NCBI GenBank assembly: GCA_024704765.1
Contig: JAKMXF010000133.1
Location: 186,001-250,000 of the forward strand
Reading direction: 5' to 3'
DNA from: Oopsacas minuta
Taxonomy: Eukaryota > Animalia > Porifera
Length of the DNA: 64,000 bases
Below the pieces are notes generated by a model, which saw only the letters and a program-made list of their open reading frames with translations, had not been told where the DNA came from and ran no database searches. Numbering within the stretch: position 1 is the stretch's first letter; each line of letters opens with the position of its first letter. Shown one piece after another: positions 10,333-19,951 of this stretch. Both the position numbers and the translations under genes were made by a program.

Positions 10333-12534
10333 TTAATACTTAGTTTTGGCGCCTTTATCCTGTCCTCCTGTCCCCCTCCTGCCCCCATAGTACCCAGCGT
10401 TATCCCAGTGATGCTGTTCCCTCCCAGCAGACCCCTTCTTCCTTGTGTGATGCCCTCTCTGTTCATGTTTGTCCCCTCTGGTAGCTTCTCTTGTATAAGC
10501 ATTCTGATGCTGATGGTGTTGGTAACTAAGATGAATAGGAAATGTGAATAATAATATATAATCTGTCCTGCCAACTGTCTAGGGTGGGTTTGAGGATAAA
10601 TTAGACCCCAAGGGTGAAGATAGGGATTCATATATCATGAGAAATTTTAGGGGTAATGCCATGTACCATTAGGTGCTTAAAATATGATAAACTAACCCTC
10701 TGTTATCAGGTTTTCTATTGACAAACTGTGGGGCATGAACCGGTTGTATTGGTTCTACCTCATCCTCATCAGACCCCTGTTGGAGATCAGTATGATAAGT
10801 ATATCTGTTAGAGTACATTCCTTTAGGATTTAAGCGCTCAATACACTCTGTATCTTCCTTATCAACACCTACGTCACATGGAATGTCATCATATGTATCA
10901 TCATACTCATCGTCATATTCTAATTCCATATTAGCTAACTTTAAAGTGGCGTCACTCAGATCCCGATTATTAAGGAAATCTCTTCCGTCACAAAATCGAT
11001 CCTTCTTTCCTCTATGAATAAGACTGGTGTCTATATCATCCCTTGTGAATATGTCAAATTTGTCACCTGTGAAAATATTCCTCCGTTGTGACACTAATTC
11101 CAGTGGTTTTGGAACTAACACCTCTTTAATTCTGGCAGTTGGTGGTATCTCAATAGTTGGTATTCTTTCGAATAGAGTGTTGATTGCATGCGGAACATTC
11201 AAATTGTGTAATCTCAAAACTTCTCTAATACTCGCAGTATCTACATCAGGAAGGATAGCTTGAATTGAAACTATAGCTTCTTCTAGTTCTGGTTCTGGTT
11301 TTGGTTCCGATTTAGGCTCATCTGAACTGAGCGGTTCGGTCAAATACCCGAATTGGATAGCATCTATAATACCGGAATCTTTCATGCGAGAGAATTCGGT
11401 TTTCAGGTCAAAAATCTTTAAATATTCACTTAACAGATGTTTGGTTCCAATTAGGATATTACAAATAGTGAGAAAATCTTCAAGTGGCGCCTGAATATTC
11501 TCCAAAACGAGAGGTGTTACTTGGAATTTCTTAAAATAGCAATTCTCAAAGATATAAGAGAATATTTTACAGAAATTAAACTTAGTCTTTCTCAAACTAC
11601 TTTTGATAAATTCCTGTTTGTCACATAGTTTGTGTTTGTATAGCAACCACAATTGTACAATTCCTGGCAGAAACAATTCATAAAATGTGACGAAGTGGTT
11701 CATGAACAAAGGTGTGAAACACTGACTTGCAGACGGACAAGTGACGAAAAAACTCTCCAAATTAGTAAAAATATCCTCCACAAATAGGATTATTTCGTAA
11801 AATCTGTCAAAACTTAATTGTTTAGTTGGATTATCTCCCAAACGTGCCAATTTTCTGTCCTCATCTCCAAGGTGTAACTTACAGCCCATCTCCTCGCTGA
11901 TTTTAGACAACATTGAAAGAGTCGTCCGAATCATTTCTTGAATATCGTAAAAATACTTTTTCTGTTTACGGAAAATTCCCTCTAACATTTCTCCCAACAG
12001 ATTTCTGTTTGAACTAAAAATCTGACACAAATCGAGTATTTTCGGTAAATCAAACAGATAATTATCATAAAGCAAATCAGCAAAGGCCGTTGCACTGAAA
12101 TCAGGATAAGTCCGATTTTTCGTGTATTGTGCCTCTCTATTCGTCCCCATTCGGAGGAATACTTTGAACATTACTTCAAGGTAGGACTGAAAGACCTCGT
12201 GACCCAAAAGCTCTGGGGAGTCCTCTATAATATCAGGGGTAATCTTCAAAAATGAATCGAGTAAAATATGGAGTTTTGGATCATAAATGACGTGTGACCA
12301 AAATATGTGTAAAGGAAGTCGAAGTAAGGTGATGACGTCATCACGGAGGGCGTGTAGGGAGCGTAACCATAAGTCTTGGTCGTCGTGTAGGAGAGCAGGA
12401 GGGTATTTCCAGTAGGGAAAGAAATCTATATCTAACAGCCATTTCTCATGGAGAGAGGGTATTTCCTCAATCTCGCTTGTAATAGGATTCGTATAAGAAA
12501 TTAAAATACTTTCAAGACCAGATTCTTTCTCCAT
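10333..12534 (-). CDS. ASCC2: Activating signal cointegrator 1 complex subunit 2 (CUE domain), two exons (12534-10696, ~10534-10333)
   Basis: LLRLPLHIFWSHVIYD, LFDLPKILDLCQIF, CUE-like SIQAILPDVDTASIREVLRLHNLNVPHAINTLF, RRNIFTGDKFD and YDDEYDDTYD. A phase-2 GT-AG intron gives an R/G-rich tail. First ATG (MEKESG) is at 12534. Confidence 0.9.
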
Positions 12535-13239
12535 AGAAATTGCTAATATTTTCCTGATTAAAATAATACTAACGGGTAAGTATCCTAGAATATCTTGCAA
12601 TATTCCAGAAATGCTCGCTCTGCATTACAATATATATCAAGAACAAGCTGCAGAGTTCGAAATGATCGCTGAATTACGTATATGTTACATAGATGGTTAG
12701 AGACCATATTTGTGCTATTTAAGACTTTGATGTAAGCGGGTATCTCCATATATCCGTGTTCGCCTAACGGGAGTTGAGTGTATTTGATTATTCCTAATAA
12801 GTAATAACACCTTGTATGTATTATATTGATAGTAAGGGACTGTAGGTTTTGTATTATACCTCATGTCTCCATTGGACAGCAAGTTACTATTTGCATTCAT
12901 AACTTGTATCGCGAACTATGCTTGTATATATTTAAGAATATTATCAGAATTCGGTAAGTCCGCTATTCATGATTACTGATAGTCGGTTGGAATTATGCCA
13001 TGAGAGACTGAGCCCCCTGGGTCAAATGGAAGTTTGACCTATTTAACACCTCCTCAAATGCTACGCGTGTGCTCAATAAATCTACAATCCTCACTCACAT
13101 ATGTTCACTCAACCTAAAACTGCCATATAGATACAATACGAATTCATAGCAATATTATACAACCAAACTGAATGAGTTTAGCTCTACTATAGTCTAATAA
13201 ATATACACAATATATTTTGTATTATTTGAAAGGTGGGAT

Positions 13240-13512
13240 ATGGTATGATTTTCGTGTATAGTGATTCCTCTCCTTTTCTGGATTTGGAAATCACTGATCC
13301 CTAAGTTAAGGGAAAAAATACCTGCTTTAGTTGACAGGTTTTTCCCCAAAATGTCAATCGCAGAGAGAGCAGAATTCGACCCCAATTCAATATCTTGTCC
13401 ATTAGCTGGACTGTTTCCGAGCCGAGCGTTTGATGACGAGGATTTAGTTGAACCAGATGAAGACAGAGGTGAGGTGAATAGCCCTGAAGGTGTGAAAGTA
13501 AAGGAGGATTAA
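13240..13512 (+). CDS. C18orf32: C18orf32/UPF0729-family small membrane protein with an in-frame TGA at codon 3 (13246-13248), predicted selenocysteine; 90 aa
   Basis: ATG GTA TGA TTT TCG TGT ATA GTG ATT CCT CTC CTT TTC TGG = MV(U)FSCIVIPLLFW, gap-free against recalled human MVCIPCIVIPVLLW. Ends in KVKED (human KKKD). SECIS downstream. Confidence 0.9.
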
Positions 13513-13530
13513 CTGAGAGAGTAAAGTGGC

Positions 13531-13595
13531 GCAATCTAACACGTGACGATTCGTATGGAAACTCGATTGAGTGATATGAATCTGATATTTATTGT
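13531..13595 (+). promoter_or_regulatory. Eukaryotic type-II SECIS element in the 3'UTR
   Basis: GTGA at 13543-46, AAA 12 nt later (13559-61), mini-stem CTC/GAG, helix II GATTCGTAT/ATATGAATC, 3' core TGAT at 13583-86, helix I GCAAT/ATTGT. Confidence 0.9.
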
Positions 13596-13977
13596 TTACG
13601 TCATTGCTTACTTTACTGTTAATTGAATTAGAATTAAGTGTTATAGTAAATATTTGTGATACATGCATAGCAACCAAGTATGAGACGTATTTCACCGGGA
13701 TATTGGGTTTTTGGCGGGGAAATATAAATTTTGAGCGGGATACAGTAACCTTTGGAAAATTTTCTAAATTTAACAAAAAAGCTAATTGTATAGAAAAACG
13801 CGGGATAATGACAACTTTCTGAGTGGGGATTATGGTTTTTGGCGGGAGGAGAATAGACATCACTGCTTTTAGGCGGGAAAATGTGGAAATATACGCGGGA
13901 TAATAAACTCAAATTGAAGTTTCTCCTATGGTAATAGAAAATAGAAAATAATCTCATTTAGAGTTAATTAAAATAAA

Positions 13978-14155
13978 TACAGTAGACTCCACTTAATAGG
14001 GTCACGTCGGGACCAGACCATTTTGACCCGATTTGTTAAGCGGAATAAAGGTGTTGGCCCGCTTAAACCGGAGTAATTTAACACTATTTGTATGGTTCTG
14101 TTTCTGGCAGAGCGGCAGATTAACCGGGTAGCTCAATTAAGCAGAGTCTACAATA
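13978..14155. mobile_element. MITE family 3 (Tc1/mariner-pogo-like, TA flanks)
   Basis: TA-CAGTAGACTCCACTTAAT...ATTAAGCAGAGTCTACAA-TA terminal inverted repeat; second copy at about 4452. Confidence 0.8.
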
Positions 14156-14923
14156 AATGTGAACTAACCTACTTTACATGTGAGATCAGAGGTTGAGAAA
14201 TCCATCAAATTTATAAGCAACCCATAATGTATCGTAAGTTATCATCAAATTACATAGAATTGTATTCATTAAAATAGACCCATAAGATTATATTCAATAT
14301 CAGATATAAGTAGTTACAATACTTAATTATATTTGCTTTATAAACTTCTACAAACTTTCATATAAAAAAACTTACAGGTAAGTTGGCTTTTATGCCTGGG
14401 TGTCGCTCCGACACCTTATCTTATAAAAATGAGTTTTTGATTATCTCTTGCTTTCTTTATGTATTTACCTTTCTGCTATTTTTCAGTCCCTTATATTTTC
14501 ATCTTATGGTGACGTTAAGAAGTCGTATTATGCCTAATGTGACAACTCCTACTTTACTTTTCGTATTTGATCACAGCGAGATGAAATTAGAAAGGTTAGA
14601 AGGAAGACTTAAGTTCTGTGTTACAGCTATCTAAGGAACGCGGGTGAGCCAAAATGGGAGGATTCTAACAGCTCTTATAGTGAATTACACATGTACCAAT
14701 TGTAGCAGAGCCAACCTTGGATGGCGTAGCGAAATGCGACATTACCTGGCGCAACTTGCACCATCGCAGAAGCATAAACATTCCACAAGGTATCCTAGCA
14801 ACTACAAAAGTGTCAAATTATGATTAATCATAAGATAAGATAATTAACTACAACAATCAAGTCCAATGACACTAAATTCATAAATATATTTACAAACTAA
14901 TTTGTAAAATTATCAGTCAATTG

Positions 14924-17900
14924 TTATTTTAAATTTTTCTCTAAAAAGTGTGCGATCGAATCGTTGAGAAGATTATTCTTAGAAAGAACTTTGATTTCGG
15001 CGGAAGACAGTTCGTCATTAAAATTTGCATGAAACAGACATTTCACTTTTGAAAGAAAAGTCCCCGCAAAAAGCAATTCATTTTTGTTTCTGTCAATTTC
15101 TTGGACATTTAGTTTCTGTCGAAAGAATGTTATAAATTCTGAAATATTCGGAATGCCCGCTGGACTAATCGTCACCATTTTCTTTCGGAACATATGAGAA
15201 GAGGACCATTCATTTTGGAACTCGATAGGTGTTAGGTTAAGAGGTCGCATCAAGTCTCGAGTTGTGATTAGGAGGTTAAAAAATAATCTTTGTTGAGTCT
15301 TCCGTGTGTCTTTGTAACTCAACTCGCCGCTAACTGTTGGGTTCATTGCAGGTGCTGTACACCTGATTTCTAGAGTCTCTGGGTGAGATTCGAACCCCTC
15401 CAAGCCTTCAAGTGTTAAGTGGTTATTTGTGACACTTTCTAGATGTCTCAAATTTGAAGGGAATTGGTATTTGAAGTGAATATCTTGTAATGCATCTTGT
15501 ATCTGATTAGTAATTACTAAAAATAGAACTAGAGTTTCTGGTTTAAAGACTTTCACATACGTCACACGAATATTTACATCTGAAACTAAAAAGTTTTGTT
15601 CATCTTTCGGAAATTCGTTTAGTTCCAGATTCATTTCCGGCCCTTTAGAGGGGGGGTTATAATTAGTCAAAGGAAACGATTCATTTATGAAAGCAAATCC
15701 ACTCTCATTATCGAAGTTAAGTTCTGATAAAACAGATTCTGTTTTAATACCTTTTGGTTCTGGTACTAGTTCCGTATTATCTAGCTCTATTGTTGGGTCT
15801 AACAAAGTATCTGAGAAGAGAGGGGTCTCTGAATTAGGGACCAATAGAGGTGTTACTTCCCGTTCAACAAGTACTGAATTCTGATTCGGTACTTCTGGTT
15901 GAATCAAATTGGTTAACTGAGGCTCGAGGAGATTTTCTATCCCCCCTGTAGGAGTATTTTTCTTGGGCTTGCGTCCTGTCTGGGACAAGACCCCACCGGT
16001 CCCCTGAGGTGCAAGGTGCGCGAATATGGAATTCGCCTCCTTGCGTTTTGGGTCTTCGTGATGCACTGTCGGGTGAGCATTGACTGTTGATATAGTTGTG
16101 TCAGGTTTATAATTGGTGAAATTAGAACTCAATTTTGTTGGTGGAAATTTTTTTGGTTCAAAAGAATTCAATTCTGAGTTCTTTGTTTGATATCCTTTTG
16201 TAGACCACGGACGATTGATGGATTGGTTGGAATGAAATTGTGTCGAACTCCCTTCAGGTGGTTGTGTAGATGGCAGAACTGGCTCAGGCGACACAATTGA
16301 TATAGGTGTGAATTTATTCATCTGCTTAGGCGCGATATTTGATATAGCAGGAGTAGGTAACGCTCTAACAGCTGGTTTGGGTGGAGCTTCGTATGGCTTA
16401 TAATTAATTTCTATTATTTTCTGAGGGGGCTTATCCTCCTTTCGACTATGAGGGGGCTTGTAAGCAGGAGCGCCGGTCCTCTCGGCCTCTCTGGAGAATT
16501 TAGTCAGGAACCCCAGGGTAGAATCTACTCCCATGTCCTCACAGCTCCCATCCAAGGGATGCAAGGTATCAAGTCTATATTTAGAACTTAGCATTCCATT
16601 GTATTCATTCCATCTCTGTTGCGTATCTATGTTAAGAATCAAATTTGATTGGGCGAATAAGGTGTCAATAGAATTTCTAACAAGTTCATCATGGAGAGCT
16701 AACTTGATCACTGATTGGATAATCCAATTTTGAGTAACAGCTGATCGTTTCCCCTCTCTAAAAACTTTTGCGAGTCTTGACGCGATGTCAATATGTGTCA
16801 GATTGGGACACAAATAAACGTATTCAGCTAACACCCAAGCAACAATTCTTATAAGAGAATCTGGAATATTCAAATTAGTATCTGACTCTATAAGAATGTT
16901 ACTAAAAATAGTAACTGCTTGGATACGAAATTCCTTTTCAACACTAGCGTCTCCACTGTCAATTCCTTCAGCTATCAGGCGCATTAAATTGTGCGCTACA
17001 TTATGTGGGACCAGATCACCCGCCAAACGAAATACGCGGGAGACTGTAACTAAAAACCATTCATGGTTCGGCGCGTGTTTCTCAGCTATTTCTGTAATTT
17101 TACGCGCCAAATCACCTCTAATAAACTGATCTGTGACACTTTCTAGATATTCAGTCAGTTTGCTACATATAACCGACACATTCTCAGGACCTGTAATGCG
17201 ACACAATAGTTCTAGAGTTTTCCTCTTTAAAGTGTCATCTGGGTCATCCAAACACCTCATAATTACCTCCTGATGTTCCAATGCATGCTGGGGCTCAACC
17301 TAAATGGTACAATGGAATGTATGAAAGTGTAATCTCTACAAACCGAGTGCTAGGGGAGGCAGAAACATTCTACCCGCTACTGCCCCAATTTCCCGTTTGT
17401 GGGGGTTGTACTAGTGAAAATATCAAAAGTAATATCAGTGAATTTGGTAAAAATAATTGTGAGTAATTTAATTACTATTTCCTAGCAACAAGTAATGTAT
17501 AAAGGAATGCTAGCTATAGAATGCAAACCTGTACTAAAAGAGATAGAGAAGTAATACCAAAATATTGGATATTATTACTCGGAGATGAGAGGAACCTTCC
17601 TACAGCACCGGCGGCTTTCATTATCAGCTCTGTGTCAGGATAAATACAACTTATCGTGCGGACACATTCGAAAATTAGCGCCTTCCCAATTAACTGTGAC
17701 GCCTCCTGATTGGCACGCGCTAAGCAGATATCCAACACTTCATAAATCCGTTTAGAAATACTCAAATCATCTTGTCCAATTATTGACAATATCTGCAACA
17801 TTTTTATCTGTGTCCATGGCAACACAACGGAATGATATTCAAAATCTATTGATACTCTATGTGTAACAATCTAAGGCGTGAAAATATGATAAACACTATA

Positions 17901-18974
17901 GTATAGCGAAACATGATTGGTTGAATACTCACCTGCATTAATATATTAACCATTGAGTCTACAAGACCCTTAAACTTCCCTGGTTCTTCCAGAACGAGTT
18001 TATAGAGGACAGAGAGACCGGAGGACATTACTCCAGGGTCTCTGTCAGACAAACACCTCTCCACTAATGACACCAAAGGTGCAGATTCTATAGTTAACAC
18101 GTTTGAAGCACCTTCGTTAATATTTTGCTGTTTGTATAGTTTGTATAGAACAACTATAGCTTTCTTTCTGACTAGCTCTTTAGGATGAGACAAGCACTCT
18201 TTTACCAAGGGTAACACTACTGGTAACATCTCTCTTGTTACCGTGTGTCCAAGACAGATTAATGCCATGCTAATCTATAAAACAGCTGAACTCATCTCTG
18301 AGAAAGGTGATAAATATATAACCTATACTTTAGCAGTCTCCGAGAAGCGGACAACTCCCTAAACGGACAGAAGCGATGTCCCCTATGAGTCCGCTATTCG
18401 GAGACTCTACTATAATCTGTTTTAGTCCTCACCCTCATAATATCCTGACATGACAAGTCTTTTTGTAATGAATTCACTATCATCATTCCTAAGTCAGGAT
18501 TCTTATGCATAAACATAGCACTAGCCATATAGCCTAGTCTACGAGCCATTAATGTACCATGCTGTGTCAATTTTACTGCCTGTATGTATCCGAAAGATGC
18601 ATCGTGTCCTAAACAAACAAGTAAACAAAAACCAAACAAACAAGTAAACAAACAACCAAACAAACAAGTAAACAAACAACCAAACAACCAAACAAATAAA
18701 CAAATAAACAAACAAACAAACAAACACTATACTTACCTAGCATTTCAACATATATCATCCTGATAATGAATTCCATCTGTTCCCTAACAGATATGACAGG
18801 AGCTGAAATATTCTGTTTCAGGAATGTGACCTCTCTCTCCACTATTTTGTCCTCCTCGTACTTTGTCCTGGCCTCTCCTATGTGACGTATCAATAGCTGG
18901 AATGTCCTGCTATGTCCAGGTAGAGGGATTATACCCAGTCCGAATTCTGTTATCCTTCCCAGCTGTTTTGCCAT
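14924..18974 (-). CDS. AP4E1: AP-4 complex subunit epsilon, multi-exon with a large terminal exon
   Basis: LIRHIGEARTKYEEDKIV, IRMIYVEMLG|HDASFGYIQAVK, LPWTQIKMLQIL, CLDDPDDTLKRKTLELLCRIT and a C-terminal ear domain. Confidence 0.92.
18609..18726. repeat. Degenerate (AAAC)n tract in AP4E1 intron 1
   Basis: Read directly; it explains the spurious CLFV-type ORFs. Confidence 0.9.
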
Positions 18975-19082
18975 ACTAGTGTTAATGAAATGAATAGTTT
19001 GTAAGTATAGTAAATGCTTGAAGAGTAGCCAAGGCGATTATTCGAGGAAATATGGTTTATAATTGTCAAAATAAACAACAAA

Positions 19083-19523
19083 TCAATATTCACTTTGTTT
19101 ACTTCCAAATTGTAATTCTCTTAAAATTCCTAACACAATTTTAATATTTGCTTTAACTTTTGCTGAATCTTGTTTAAGTTTTGTGACCCTCTCTTCTAGA
19201 AATTTGATTTTCTTCTCAATAAAGTCAAGTGCCTCTCTTGGCTCCATTTCTGTAAATAGTCCCAAACCGACACAAATCATAATACGACCCACAGGGTCTG
19301 TCTGAGCTCTGACATAAAAATTACATCCGATATCCACACGTGTTTTGAATCCGGTATTTGCAGTGTCACTCGTTTTAACAAGCATTAACTGTAACTCTAG
19401 ATATTCAGCGATTTCTTGATAAGTACAATCCAGCTGTTTCCTTAAATTCTCTAAGTCACCTCTCAACTTTTCATTCAGGAATGTTTCGTATTGTGTTACT
19501 ATTGTGGAAGCTAACTTAGCCAT
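19083..19523 (-). CDS. UXT: Prefoldin-like protein UXT
   Basis: YETFLNEKLRGDL, YQEIAEYLEL, VDIGCNFYVRA and KVKANIKIVLGILREL. Confidence 0.9.
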   Translation of the reverse strand: MAKLASTIVTQYETFLNEKLRGDLENLRKQLDCTYQEIAEYLELQLMLVKTSDTANTGFKTRVDIGCNFYVRAQTDPVGRIMICVGLGLFTEMEPREALDFIEKKIKFLEERVTKLKQDSAKVKANIKIVLGILRELQFGSKQSEY

Positions 19524-19625
19524 TTAATACTTGGAAATGGAATTAAAATATTAGGATAGTTCTGGTTTTGGTTGAGGATTGGGTGTCGATAGAGCCACCT
19601 GGAGTACCATCTTCATTTTCAGGGG

Positions 19626-19768
19626 CAGTGAATGCCGGTTATAAGAACATACCGGATATAAGCACCATCCTCTGGAAAAGGATTCTCATATATTCCTGTA
19701 TATTATACCGGTTATAAGAACATGTGTCGCTACCCCCAAGGGTGTTCTTATAACCGACATCTAATGTA
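19626..19768. mobile_element. MITE family 2 between UXT and the sugar transporter
   Basis: TIR CAGTGAATGCCGGTTATAAGAAC...GTTCTTATAACCGACATCTAATG-TA; reverse-complement copy at 63121-63229 and a fragment at about 47005-47080. Confidence 0.8.
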
Positions 19769-19951
19769 TTATACAATATAAGAATATTTAATGGACAATA
19801 TACCCAAGGAACAAATGCATATTTACAATTTCCCTGTAAACAAAACAAATCAATAACTAGTAAACAAAGAGATATATATTTTTAATAAAATATGCCTAAA
19901 ATACAACAAAATTATTACAAAAAATACATGTAAAAAGTTAGAAAATTCCAG

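Noticed and set aside
13243-13261. GTATGA...TATAG read as a tiny intron that removes the in-frame TGA
   Set aside because: It would be only 19 nt, shorter than any intron seen here (about 50 nt or more). Splicing would give ATG-TGA and delete residues that align with the conserved CxxC.
13240-13512. C18orf32 copy as a nonsense pseudogene
   Set aside because: The rest of the ORF is intact, the stop is TGA exactly at a conserved Cys, and a complete SECIS follows; a random nonsense mutation would not explain all three.
14715-14745. CGTAGCGAAATGCGA resembling 5.8S rRNA
   Set aside because: Only about 15 nt match and the flanks do not continue the rRNA.
18394-18727. ORFs of CLFV/FVCL repeats (also the tail of 9274-9642)
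   Set aside because: They are translations of intronic (TTTG)n microsatellites.
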